Below are positions 22,638 to 34,110 of a DNA stretch of 64,000 bases, piece after piece (positions within the stretch are counted from its first letter, which is position 1; the number at the start of each line of letters is the position of its first letter). The notes under the pieces are model-generated. The model saw only the letters and a program-made list of their open reading frames with translations, did not search any database and was not told the DNA's origin. Origin of the DNA: Alphaproteobacteria bacterium (GTDB lineage: Bacteria > Pseudomonadota > Alphaproteobacteria > UBA828). The translations under genes were made by a program, and so were the position numbers. The DNA lies in NCBI GenBank assembly GCA_963422645.2, contig CAXXVO010000017.1, positions 64,001 to 128,000 of the forward strand. The letters are read 5' to 3'.

Positions 22638-22848
22638 AAACGATCATGGTCGACGCCGTGCTGGACCACCCCATAGAATGAAAATCGGTGCCCGTCGCGC
22701 GGGCGGACTTCGGGCCACATCGGGGTAGCTTACCGGTCGCAGTCCGCAAGAGGGGCATCGTGAGCTGTGAAACCCGGCGACCCCAGAGGAGCACACGGGC
22801 GTCGCGTGGGTAGCGTTGTGCCGAATCCCAGAGAATTTTCACAGCAAG
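22638..22848 (+). mobile_element. Miniature IS110-derived element inside the IS66 3' region
   Basis: 35/46 ungapped identity to the IS110 left end (2190-2235), 19/21 to a 3'-end block (3832-3852), and a shared TTTCAC(A/G)GCAA terminus. Confidence 0.7.
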
Positions 22849-22852
22849 AACC

Positions 22853-25212
22853 TCAGACTTCCTGACCTCTGCTGATTTTAGGTGACACGAGCCGCGCGGA
22901 TTCCGAGGCCCCGTCGATGTCGTAGACTATGCGCAGACGGGTGCCGGGGAAGACCGTTTCGGTGGCGTTCAGGTCGCTCAGAACCGCATCGATCCAACGG
23001 TCGCAGGCGTCGTTTGCGAGGCCAAGAATGTGGACCCGCAGGAGGCCATTGCCAGGATCCGGCAGGATGTCGGCATCGGCGGTGAGCAGCGCTTGAAGCA
23101 GTTTCCGGGGATGGGGCTTGTGGCCCTGCGCCTGCATGACGGGAAGCATCATGCGGGTTTCGGCGCGGTAGGCGATCATCCGGATGACGTCGAGGAGGAG
23201 GCGCTCGCGCGCGGGCAAGGCATCGAGCTGCTCGGCTTCGTCGAGGTCGCCGGCCCGGCAGTGCTTGGGCGTCTCCCTGCGGCTGGCCCTGACGATGTCG
23301 CGGACATCCTGGAGGTCCCTGACTTCCCTCCTGAGTTCCGCCGTCGGCTGCTTCTTCCGGGCCGTGTCGGCGATGCGGTTGCGCAGGCGGCCAAGCTGGC
23401 GGTCGAGGCGATGGATTGCCTTGTCATAGGCCCGCCGCAGCGGGTTGACGACCATGGCGGCGGGATCGAGAGGCTCGAGCTCGTGGGTCGGCAGGGCGTC
23501 GAGATTGAACTCGTCACGCATGTACTTGAAGAAGTTCTCCTGCGACCAGCGCGAGAACATGGCGCCCGCAACCTCAGCCATCGGCTTGTGCGGATCGGTG
23601 GTGATCAGCGGCACCTGACGGCCGTTGTCGAGCAGGCGGCGGATCTGGCGCACCCTGAAGCCGTTCGGCAACGTCACCGGCTTCTCAGCCAGCCGCATGG
23701 TGGCGCTGCCGTCCGCCGCCGGTCCGTGAATGGGAACGGTCATCGCGCCGAAGTCCTCGGCCGGCCAGTCCTCGCCCCTGAAGTTCTTGTGCCAGGTCAG
23801 GCAGGCGACGCCGCGCCTCGCCAGCCGGCGGAACAGATCCGGGCTCCAGCCCTCGCGGTCGAAGACCAGGGTGAGCGCCGGCTGGCCGGGATGCTCGGCG
23901 GTCAGGTCCGGCGCCCCGGCGCCAACGATCCCAAGCTCCTGCAGCGCCGGCACCACGTCGGCTTCGATGGCCGCGACCATCTTCGGGTCCAGCGGCTTGT
24001 GCAGACAGAGCAGCGGCTTGCCGCCCAGAGCGTTGATCCAGTAGCTGGCGCTCGCCGGCAGGCACAGCTTCTCGCGCGAGACGAAGTGCTTGGGCAAGCG
24101 CCCCTTGCGGCCGGAGTAGACCTTGACGTGCCCGTCGATGGCCAGCGTCGCCCAGAGCTCCGGCTCGTCGGCGCCTGCCAGCGCCTGGCAAGGGCGAGCT
24201 GCCACGCCCGCACGCCGGCCTCGTCGTCGGCGATGAGAGCGATCTTGCGGCGCAGCGTCTTGACCTCGGGGCAGCGATCGAGGCCGAGAATGGCGCCCCA
24301 TTCGCCCGGCGCCTGGTAGCGCAGGCTCTCGGGGTTGCGCACCCGCGCCAAGGTCATGAAGGCCAGGAAGAGCAGGATCGTAGGCAAGCCGTAATAGCCC
24401 TTCGGCAGCAATGGCAGGAGACCGGTCTCGGAGAGAAGACCTTCCTTCAGCAGGGCCGGCAGGGCGGCGAGCACGCCGCCGAAGCGGACACCGCGGGCGG
24501 CGGCGGCGAACTGCGGTTCGACCGGCCCCGCCTGTCCACAACTGGCCAGAACCCGAGCCGGAACATCGCAAGTCGCACGCCCCATCGGCGCCTGCCGGTC
24601 CCGCCGATCGCGCGCGCTGCGATCCGTTTGCGGCTGCGCTTCCAGCCCCGGCGCCGTCTCCGGCCCCGGGGCACCGGTACTCTCTTCATCGACACGGCCT
24701 TCAGGAGCCGCACCCGCGTCAGGCGGCGCAGCCAGCGCTGAGCGTCCGGGCTCCCCATCCGCCTCCGTGTTGCCGATCAGTCCCTGACGGCGCCACTTGT
24801 TGACCGATGGCGCTGACACGCCGAGAACCCGGGCCGCCGCAGAGCCGCTCAGGCCCGATGCCAGCAACGCCGTCGCCTTCTCCGCCAACTCCGGAGTGAA
24901 CACCGACGGCCCGCGACCGCGCCGGGGCTTCATGAACCCCGCTTCGCCCTCGGCCAGGTAGCGCCGTCGTGCGCGCTGCACCGTCGCGCGCGAGACAGCG
25001 AAAGCGTCAGCCAGTTCCTGCGGCGAGACCGCGCTGATCGCCGCGAGGCGGCCGATCCGCAAGAGCATGGCCGTGCGGTCATCGGCGGCGTGGCTGTCAA
25101 AGGGAATGAGGTTGGAAAAGTAGGTGAAGGTGTCGTCCGAGATCAGGACGGCGAAGCAGCTGTTGCCGATCGAGACCGCCTCTGGAGGGCACATTGGGAG
25201 GGTACTGGGCAT
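22853..25212 (-). CDS. Putative DDE transposase, same two-frame split as copy 1
   Basis: ORF translations are identical to those of 12794-15153. Confidence 0.75.
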
Positions 25213-25366
25213 GGTTGAGACCGTGCAATTGGTATCAAATTATAATATCAGACCTCGGGCGCGACACCCAGCGAAAAACCGCCTGAAACAACCGAAATGT
25301 ATCAGAATTCAAGGAGTTCCCGGCACGCTGCCCAGAACAGCCAGCATCACGAGGTCAGGAAGTCTG
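22854..25366 (-). mobile_element. Unclassified IS, copy 2
   Basis: Same 16-bp terminal repeats as copy 1 and a 5-bp duplication AACCT (22849-22853, 25367-25371). Confidence 0.92.
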
Positions 25367-25537
25367 AACCTGGGCAGTTACCGATTCCGTAGAACGCAGA
25401 GTTGTTCTATTGGATTCCGTAGTTGTGCGTGGGGTTCCGCCGCGCGAAACCCGTGGATATGCTTGCCCGTCATTCGAATTCATGTGCTGCGCCGCGACGC
25501 CTCAAGTCGACCGGCGCTCTCTCCGAGGATATCCGCG

Positions 25538-26308
25538 ATGACCGCCGACTACGAGACCATGAAATTGACCCGCGAAGGCCGGCTGCTGCGCATCGAACTG
25601 ACGCGGCCGGAACGGCTGAACGCCTTCGCCATGACCGGCACGCGCGAGCTGCTCGACGCGGCCCACAGCATCGCCGCCGACAAGGATGTGCGCATGGTGT
25701 CGATCACGGGAACGGGCCGGGCGTTTTCAACCGGAATCGGCCTCAAGGATCTCGCTGCCGGGACGATCGAGCAGAGTTATTTCGACATGTGGGACGAGGC
25801 GCTCCGGGTGTTCGAGACGATGGACAAGCTCGTGCTCTGCCTGATTCACGGATACGCCGTCGGCGGCGGCCTGCAGCTCGCGCTGGCCTGCGACATCCGG
25901 GTCTGCACGCCTTCGGCCCAGCTCGGCCTGCCCGCGATCAAAGAGGGACTGATCCCCGGCTTGGGCACTTTCCGCCTGGCACGTTATGTCGGGCTCGGCC
26001 GAGCCAAGTCCCTGATCATTCGTGGCAACATGATCGACGGCACCGAGGCCGAGCGCATCGGGATGGTCGACCACCTGGTTGTCGAGGAGACCGCGTTCGA
26101 CGAATACGAGGTCTATCTCACCGAGTACGCCGCCACGAACTCAGCCGGGTGCCGTGCCTCGAAGCAGATGCTGCTCGATTGCTTCGATCTCGGCTGGGAG
26201 GGCTTCTTCCACAAGTATCTGGTGCTGCAGGGCAAGGCCATGGCTGCGCCCGACTTCGCAGAGGCTATGGAGGCCTACCTGGAAGGCCGCGATCCGCGCT
26301 GGGTATAG
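25538..26308 (+). CDS. Enoyl-CoA hydratase/isomerase family protein
   Basis: 'RPERLNA', 'AFSTG', 'GYAVGGGLQLALACD'. Confidence 0.9.
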   Translation: MTADYETMKLTREGRLLRIELTRPERLNAFAMTGTRELLDAAHSIAADKDVRMVSITGTGRAFSTGIGLKDLAAGTIEQSYFDMWDEALRVFETMDKLVLCLIHGYAVGGGLQLALACDIRVCTPSAQLGLPAIKEGLIPGLGTFRLARYVGLGRAKSLIIRGNMIDGTEAERIGMVDHLVVEETAFDEYEVYLTEYAATNSAGCRASKQMLLDCFDLGWEGFFHKYLVLQGKAMAAPDFAEAMEAYLEGRDPRWV

Positions 26309-26338
26309 TTCGCCTGCGCCGCGGGGTTTACGCGAATT

Positions 26339-26602
26339 CTAGCCGCGGCTCTGCATCTTCTCCCTGGCGCGGGCCTGCTTCTCGAAGATGCGCGCGGCGG
26401 CGAAGGCACCGTAGGTGGCGACACAGAAGGGCACGCAGTAGGTCAACCCGAGCTTGAACCAGTTGATCGGGCCGTCGCCGGTTATGTATTCGCCCTGATT
26501 GATCATGTTGAGAATGGTGCCGACGACCGCGCCCACCATCAGCGAGTTGCGTATCACGGGCCATGTGAAGGTGCGTTGTAGCGGCGTCGGCTTGGTCATC
26601 AT
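26339..26602 (-). CDS. Small membrane protein, NrtS-like
   Basis: 'VVGTILNMINQG...LTYCVPFCVATYG' signature. Confidence 0.7.
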   Translation of the reverse strand: MMTKPTPLQRTFTWPVIRNSLMVGAVVGTILNMINQGEYITGDGPINWFKLGLTYCVPFCVATYGAFAAARIFEKQARAREKMQSRG

Positions 26603-26644
26603 GGCTCGGTTCCGGGTTGTCTGGGCGCCTGCACCGCGCTCGGC

Positions 26645-27547
26645 TCAGCGGTGGTTGGCGGCGTCTTCGCGGCGGTAGGGGTGGGCCGGGTAGACGCCCA
26701 TGATCCGCACCTCGCGCGAGAAGTAGTCAAGCTCGTTCAAGGCCCGCCCCAGCCCAATGTCCGCCGGGTGGCCCTCGACCTCGGCGAAGAACACCGTCGC
26801 AGAGAAGGTGCCGCCCACCATGTAGCTCTCAAGCTTCGCCATGTTCACCCCGTTGGTGGCGAAGCCGCCCAGGCACTTGTAGAGCGCCGCCGGCACGTTG
26901 CGGCACTCGAACATGAACGAGGTGATCATCGGCCCCTCGTCGAGCTCGGGGTCGAGCGGCTCCCGCGACAGCACCACGAAGCGGGTCGTGTTGTGCGCCT
27001 CGTCCTCGATGTCCGCCTCCACCACCGCAAGCCCGTAGGTCTCGGCCGAAAGCCGGGACGCGATCGCCGCCCGCGTGGCATCGCCCGCCGCCGCCACCTC
27101 GGCCGCGGCGCCTGCGGTATCGACATGCACGACCGGCAACAGCCCCAGCCGCGCGATCAGCTTGCGGCATTGGGAGAGCGCGTGCACGTGCGAGTGCACG
27201 GTCTTGAGCCCCGAGGGGTCGGCACCGGGGCAGGCGAGGAGGTTATGGCGGACCCGCTCGAAGTGCTCGGCGATGATGTGGAGGTCGGACTTGGGCAGGA
27301 GCTGATGAATGTCGGCGACGCGGCCTGCGGCGGAGTTCTCGATCGGGATCATGGCGCGCGCCGCGCGGCCCTCGAAGACCGCAGCGAAGGTATCGCCGAA
27401 GGTCTTGCAGGGGAGCGTGGTCATCGCCGGATAGCGTGCGACGCAGGCGGCCTCGGAATAGGCGCCCGGCGCCCCCTGGAAGGCGATCACGGTGGCCGGA
27501 TCACGGGCCGGATCGCTGCCACTGTCTGGGATGGAGGGTGAGGACAT
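26645..27547 (-). CDS. pheA: Prephenate dehydratase
   Basis: 'FQGAPGAYS', 'PIENS', 'NTTRF', ACT domain with 'KLESY'. Confidence 0.95.
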   Translation of the reverse strand: MSSPSIPDSGSDPARDPATVIAFQGAPGAYSEAACVARYPAMTTLPCKTFGDTFAAVFEGRAARAMIPIENSAAGRVADIHQLLPKSDLHIIAEHFERVRHNLLACPGADPSGLKTVHSHVHALSQCRKLIARLGLLPVVHVDTAGAAAEVAAAGDATRAAIASRLSAETYGLAVVEADIEDEAHNTTRFVVLSREPLDPELDEGPMITSFMFECRNVPAALYKCLGGFATNGVNMAKLESYMVGGTFSATVFFAEVEGHPADIGLGRALNELDYFSREVRIMGVYPAHPYRREDAANHR

Positions 27548-27750
27548 GTTGTGGGAGCCTGACGCATAGGGGCCGCCGCAGCGGGCGCCGCTGGAACAGG
27601 CGCCGGACTATCCGCGCAGGGCGATGAGGTGTCAACGCGGGCAATGCCGCTGTTGCCATAAAGATTCCCGTGGATGGCGGAGAGCGACGCGCCATATAGT
27701 CTGCCGGGAGCAATCGATATCGGAAAGCGGCGGCAACGGCCCGCCAGACA

Positions 27751-29409
27751 GTGGGAACGATGATCGACTTCCGGACTCACCCGGACCAATACCGCCACTG
27801 GCGGCTCGCCATCGACGGCGACATCGCCACGCTTGCGCTCGACGTGGACGAGAATGGCGGCATCGCCGGCGACTATGCGCTGAAGCTCAACTCCTACGAT
27901 CTCGGCGTCGATATCGAGCTTGCAGATGCCGCCCGGCGACTGCGATTCGAGCATCCGCAGGTGCGCGCGGTGGTGCTCGCGTCGGCGAAGGAGCGCGTGT
28001 TCTCCGCCGGTGCGAACATCCCGATGCTCTCGCGCTCGTCGCATGTCGACAAGGTCAACTTCTGCAAGTTCACCAACGAGACCCGCAACGGCATCGAGGA
28101 TGCCTCGGCCAACGCGGGCCAGCGCTGGATGACCGTGATCGCCGGCACCGCCGCCGGCGGCGGCTACGAGCTCGCGCTCGCGACCGACCACATCCTCCTG
28201 GTCGATGACGGATCGACTGCCGTGTCGCTGCCCGAGGTGCCGCTGCTCGCGGTTCTGCCGGGCACCGGCGGGCTCACCCGCGTCGTCGACAAGCGCTGCG
28301 TCAGGCGCGACCGCGCCGATTATTTCTGCACCACGGGCGAAGGCGTACGCGGGCAACGCGCGCTGGAATGGAAGCTGGTGGACGAGCTGGTGCCGCGCTC
28401 GCGATTGGACGATGCCGTCGCCGGCCGCGCCGCCGCGCTTGCCGAGGGTTCGGACCGGCCTGCCGATGCGCGCGGCATCGTGCTGCCGCCGCTGGAGCGC
28501 ACGGTGAGCGAGGATGCGGTCGCCTACCGCCATGTCCAGGTCGCGCTCGACCGGGCGCGGGGCACGGCAACGCTCACGGTGGCCGCGCCCGAGGCGCCGC
28601 CGCCTGCCGAGCCCGACGCGATCCACGCCGCCGGCGCCGACTTCTGGCCGCTGGCACTCGCGCGCGAGCTTGACGATGCGATCCTGCACCTGCGCTTCAA
28701 CGAGCCTGCGCTCGGCACCTGGGTTCTCAAGACGACGGGAGCGGCGGCGCACGTCGCGGCGGCGGATGCGGCGCTCGCGGCCAACGACGGCGACTGGCTG
28801 GTGCGCGAGATCACCCTCTACCTGAAGCGCACCCTGAAGCGCCTCGACGTGAGCGCGCGCAGCCTGATCGCGCTGATCGAGCCGGGCTCCTGCTTTACCG
28901 GTACGCTGCTGGAGCTCGCGCTTGCGGCCGACAGGAGCTTCATGCTGGACGGCGCTTTCGAAGGCTCGAACGAGGCGGCGGCAACGGTGCGTCTCACGGC
29001 CTTGAACACCGGCCCGCTGCCGATGGCGAACGGGCTGTCGCGCCTCGCCAGCCGCTTCCTCGACGATGACGCGGCACTGGCGGCAGCGCACGATGCCGTG
29101 GACACCGACCTTGACGCAGAGGCGGCGGAGTCGTTGGGGCTCGTCACCTTCATTCCCGACGACATCGACTGGGAGGACGAGGTGCGCATCGCCATCGAGG
29201 CACGCGCGGCGTTCTCGCCCGATGCGCTCAGCGGCATGGAGGCCTCGCTCCGCTTCGCCGGGCCGGAGACCCTGGAGACCAAGATTTTTGGCCGGCTCTC
29301 CGCCTGGCAGAACTGGATCTTCCAGTGCCCCAACACCGTGGGCCCCGACGGGGCGCTCAAGCTCTACGGGTCGGGCGTGCAGCCCACCTTCGACCGCAAC
29401 CGCGTCTAG
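27751..29409 (+). CDS. boxC: 2,3-epoxybenzoyl-CoA dihydrolase
   Basis: Duplicated crotonase fold, 'LKLNSYDLGVDIELADA', 'LSAWQNWIF'; adjacent to boxB. Confidence 0.92.
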   Translation: MGTMIDFRTHPDQYRHWRLAIDGDIATLALDVDENGGIAGDYALKLNSYDLGVDIELADAARRLRFEHPQVRAVVLASAKERVFSAGANIPMLSRSSHVDKVNFCKFTNETRNGIEDASANAGQRWMTVIAGTAAGGGYELALATDHILLVDDGSTAVSLPEVPLLAVLPGTGGLTRVVDKRCVRRDRADYFCTTGEGVRGQRALEWKLVDELVPRSRLDDAVAGRAAALAEGSDRPADARGIVLPPLERTVSEDAVAYRHVQVALDRARGTATLTVAAPEAPPPAEPDAIHAAGADFWPLALARELDDAILHLRFNEPALGTWVLKTTGAAAHVAAADAALAANDGDWLVREITLYLKRTLKRLDVSARSLIALIEPGSCFTGTLLELALAADRSFMLDGAFEGSNEAAATVRLTALNTGPLPMANGLSRLASRFLDDDAALAAAHDAVDTDLDAEAAESLGLVTFIPDDIDWEDEVRIAIEARAAFSPDALSGMEASLRFAGPETLETKIFGRLSAWQNWIFQCPNTVGPDGALKLYGSGVQPTFDRNRV

Positions 29410-29418
29410 CACGGGAAG

Positions 29419-30843
<1,425 letters not shown>

Positions 30844-30913
30844 GGGAGGCCAGGAATCTGGCCGGACTGCGCTCGGACAGAGGCGGTCCGGCATACGGAT
30901 CGAGCTAGGACAC

Positions 30914-31711
30914 ATGCAGGAACCCCCGCCGCCACCCCTGCTGGAGCGCGAAGGCCGGGACACGATCGCCTACCGGGCGATGGCGGGCAGCGCGCCTGGC
31001 GTGATGTTCTGCGGCGGCTTCATGTCTGACATGACCGGCACCAAGGCCACTGCGCTTGAGGCCCACTGCCGCCGCACGGGCCGCGCCTTTGTGCGTTTCG
31101 ACTATTCCGGGCACGGCGCCTCGGGCGGCGCGTTTCGGGACGGCAGCATCGGCGCATGGCGGGACGACGCGCTGGCGGTGCTCGACCGCGTCGCCAGCGG
31201 GCCGCAGATCCTGGTCGGCTCCAGCATGGGCGGCTGGATCGTGCTGCTGCTCGCGCTGGCGCGGCCCGAGCGCGTGGCCGGCCTCGTCGGCGTCGCAGCA
31301 GCGCCCGATTTCACCGAGGACCTCATCTGGTCCACGCTCGACGACGAAGGGCGGCGGACCCTCGCCGAGACCGGCGAAATCGTGATGCCCTGCGACTATG
31401 GCGACGACCCCTATCCCATCACCATGGGCCTGATCGAGGAAGGGCGCGATCACCTCCTGCTGGGCGAGCCCATCGGGCTCAGGTGCCCGATCCATCTGCT
31501 GCAGGGCATGCGTGACGAGGACGTGCCCTGGCGCACTGCCCTGCGCATCGCCGAGCAGGTCGAGAGCGACAGCGTCGTGGTTGAGCTGATAAAGGACGGC
31601 GACCACCGCCTCTCGCGCGATGAGGACCTCGCCCGGCTCACCGCGGCCGTGGTGGGAATCGCCCGTGCTGACGCCGCTTCAAATCATGGTGAGCACGGCG
31701 GGCGGCGCTAG
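30914..31711 (+). CDS. Alpha/beta hydrolase
   Basis: 'GSSMGG', 'FDYSGHG', 'GDHRLS'. Confidence 0.9.
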   Translation: MQEPPPPPLLEREGRDTIAYRAMAGSAPGVMFCGGFMSDMTGTKATALEAHCRRTGRAFVRFDYSGHGASGGAFRDGSIGAWRDDALAVLDRVASGPQILVGSSMGGWIVLLLALARPERVAGLVGVAAAPDFTEDLIWSTLDDEGRRTLAETGEIVMPCDYGDDPYPITMGLIEEGRDHLLLGEPIGLRCPIHLLQGMRDEDVPWRTALRIAEQVESDSVVVELIKDGDHRLSRDEDLARLTAAVVGIARADAASNHGEHGGRR

Positions 31712-31777
31712 GCAGCGTGCCCTGGGGCAACTATCTATGCCCCAAGTGGACGGTCGGCAAACACTGGAGCAACAGCC

Positions 31778-32359
31778 ATGTCGGGTATCGGAGTCTTGGG
31801 GCGGGTCGCCACCGTCGTCGCGCTAGTCGGCGTCGCAGTCTACAGCGGTGTCGCAGTCGCGGCAGAAGCAGAGACGCTCCGCGCGCTGGATCAGCGCACC
31901 GACGGGAGCCGGGTCCTCAACCTGGTGCTGAACGACGGGCCGATGGAGCCGCCGCCGATCGCCTTCATCGACGAGGCCGGCGATGAGAAGAACCTCGCCG
32001 ACTATCGCGGCACGCCCGTCGCCGTGCATTTCTGGGCCACCTGGTGCTTTCCCTGCCGGGCCGAGATGCCGACCATGGACGCCCTGCAGCGCGAGCTTGG
32101 CGATGACCTGGTGATCCTGCCGCTCTCGCTCGACCGCGGCGGCGCCGAGCTCGTGCGCAGGTATTACACGGACCATGACCTGACCACGCTCCCGATCTTC
32201 ATCGACGAGAAGATGGCTGCAGGGCGCACGCTCCGGGTGCACGGCATTCCGGCCACGGTCTTCTTCGACGGCGAGGGGGCGGAGGTCGCGCGGGTGCTCG
32301 GCGATCGTGACTGGGACGACCCGGACGTGATCGAGCTGGTGCGCCACATCGCCCAGTAG
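31778..32359 (+). CDS. TlpA-family thiol-disulfide oxidoreductase
   Basis: 'FWATWCFPC' motif and an N-terminal signal/anchor. Confidence 0.9.
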   Translation: MSGIGVLGRVATVVALVGVAVYSGVAVAAEAETLRALDQRTDGSRVLNLVLNDGPMEPPPIAFIDEAGDEKNLADYRGTPVAVHFWATWCFPCRAEMPTMDALQRELGDDLVILPLSLDRGGAELVRRYYTDHDLTTLPIFIDEKMAAGRTLRVHGIPATVFFDGEGAEVARVLGDRDWDDPDVIELVRHIAQ

Positions 32360-32399
32360 CGACGCGGGCCGGAGCGCAGCCGCCACAGGGCCAGCAAGC

Positions 32400-33140
32400 A
32401 TGGAAATCTCCGCCATCGGCATCGTCTCGGTCTTCGCCGCGGGGCTGATCTCGTTCCTCTCGCCCTGCGTGCTGCCGCTGGTGCCGGGGTACGTCTCCTA
32501 CGTCGCCGGCGGCTCGCTGGAGGAGCTGCGGGACGAGGCGGGGCTCTCCCGCCGACGCATGGCCGCGATGATGCTGAGCGCGTTCTTCGTGCTCGGCTTT
32601 ACCGCGGTCTTCGTGGCGCTTGGCGCGAGCGCGAGCGCCGTGGGCGGTTTCCTGCTCCAGCACAAGGTGATCTTCGAATATGCCGCAGGCGGGTTGATCA
32701 TCGTCTTCGGCATTTACCTCACGGGCCTGGTCAGAATCCCGTTATTCGGGCGCGAGGCGCGCTTCGCCGGTCGTCTCGCGGGCGGCAGGCCGGCGAGCGC
32801 GTTCCTGCTCGGCGCCGCCTTCGCCTTCGGCTGGACGCCCTGCATCGGACCGGTGCTGGGTGGCATCCTCACGCTCACCGCGACGTCAGCCGATGTCGGC
32901 CGCGGTATCGCCCTGCTGGCGGTCTATTCGCTGGGGCTCGGAGTCCCGTTCCTGATCGCGGCCGCGTTCACCGGCTTCTTCCTCCGCCACATGAGGCGCA
33001 TCCGCAGGGTCAGCAAGCCACTTCAGATCGGCGCCGGTGTCATCATGGTGGCGATGGGTGTCGCGCTGATTACCGGTTACCTCAGCTCGGTCGCCTTCTG
33101 GCTCCTCGAAGCCTTCCCCGCCCTCGCCGCCATCGGTTAG
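32400..33140 (+). CDS. ccdA: Cytochrome c biogenesis protein CcdA
   Basis: 'SFLSPCVLPL', 'GWTPCIGP'. Confidence 0.92.
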   Translation: MEISAIGIVSVFAAGLISFLSPCVLPLVPGYVSYVAGGSLEELRDEAGLSRRRMAAMMLSAFFVLGFTAVFVALGASASAVGGFLLQHKVIFEYAAGGLIIVFGIYLTGLVRIPLFGREARFAGRLAGGRPASAFLLGAAFAFGWTPCIGPVLGGILTLTATSADVGRGIALLAVYSLGLGVPFLIAAAFTGFFLRHMRRIRRVSKPLQIGAGVIMVAMGVALITGYLSSVAFWLLEAFPALAAIG

Positions 33141-33209
33141 CCCGTAGTTTCACACGGCTCTTGCGGCCCGCGGTTGTTCGCAAGTCGTGACAGTCTCGAG
33201 AAATGCGGG

Positions 33210-33623
33210 TCAGGCCGTCGAGCGGCCGCGCAGCAAGTCACGCAGGGTGCAGAGCTCGTCGAGGACCCGGGTGGCCTTGGCGCGGTCTTCGGGGCTGAGA
33301 GAGCTTTCCGTCTCGATCCGATCGGGTTCTGCGAGTGCGGCGACGGGTTTCGCCGCCCGCTCGCGCAGCAGCTTCTGCACGCCCCGCACGGTGTATCCTT
33401 CGGCGTGTAGCAGGTGCTGGATGTGCCGCAGCAGCGCCACATCCTCGGGCCGGTAGTATCGCCGGCCGCCGCCCCGCTTGAGCGGCCTGATCTGGGGGAA
33501 TTTGGTCTCCCAGAATCGCAGAACGTGCTGCGGCACGGCAAGCGCCTCCGAGACCTCGCCGATCGTGCGGAATGCGTCCGGCGATTTCGGAACGCCCGCG
33601 TTCGCGGGCTCGGCACCCGGCAT
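33210..33623 (-). CDS. MerR-family HTH regulator (ihfA-linked)
   Basis: 'RTIGEVS...HVLRFWE...RRYY'. Confidence 0.9.
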   Translation of the reverse strand: MPGAEPANAGVPKSPDAFRTIGEVSEALAVPQHVLRFWETKFPQIRPLKRGGGRRYYRPEDVALLRHIQHLLHAEGYTVRGVQKLLRERAAKPVAALAEPDRIETESSLSPEDRAKATRVLDELCTLRDLLRGRSTA

Positions 33624-33626
33624 CGC

Positions 33627-33995
33627 CTAGAAGGAGGCCGGCCCGCCGGGCCGTTCGCTATCCAGGGCCGTTTCCACGCCCTCGCCCTCATCGGCGGGCG
33701 CGAGCGAGCCGTTGATGCGATCCTTCAACACGTGGGAGGCGCGGAAGACCAGGACACGGCGCGGCAGGATGGGCACCTCCTCGCCGGTCTTCGGGTTGCG
33801 GCCGATGCGTTGGCCCTTCATCCGCGCGCTGAAGCTGCCGAAGGAGGAAATCTTCACCGGCTCGCCGCGCGCCAAGGCGTCGGCAATCAAGCCAAGGACG
33901 GATTCAACCAGATCCGCCGATTCCTTGCGCGATAGGCCGATTTCGCGGAAGACAGCCTCGGCGAGATCGGCGCGGGTGACCGTTTGCCCGGCCAT
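33627..33995 (-). CDS. ihfA: Integration host factor alpha
   Basis: 'VKISSFGSF', '[12 protein letters not shown]'. Confidence 0.95.
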   Translation of the reverse strand: MAGQTVTRADLAEAVFREIGLSRKESADLVESVLGLIADALARGEPVKISSFGSFSARMKGQRIGRNPKTGEEVPILPRRVLVFRASHVLKDRINGSLAPADEGEGVETALDSERPGGPASF

Positions 33996-34110
33996 TGTCT
34001 CCCGCCTCCCCTTATGTCTGTGTCACGGTACTGCCTTGGCGCCCAAGCGTCAACCGTCGCCCGCAAGCCGAACCGGGGCCCATGCACAATTGTTGGCCCG
34101 GTACAGCGCT

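Larger units (their letters stand above)
20976..25381 (+). mobile_element. IS66 (single-gene type) copy A, with a nested IS just inside its right terminal repeat
   Basis: Terminal repeat GTAACTGCCCAGGT and 8-bp duplication CGATTCCG (20968-20975, 25382-25389). Confidence 0.93.

Noticed and set aside
12503-25381. Composite transposon bounded by two inverted IS66 right ends
   Set aside because: The outer flanks (TAACTGTT and CGATTCCG) differ, and copy A has its own intact 8-bp duplication.
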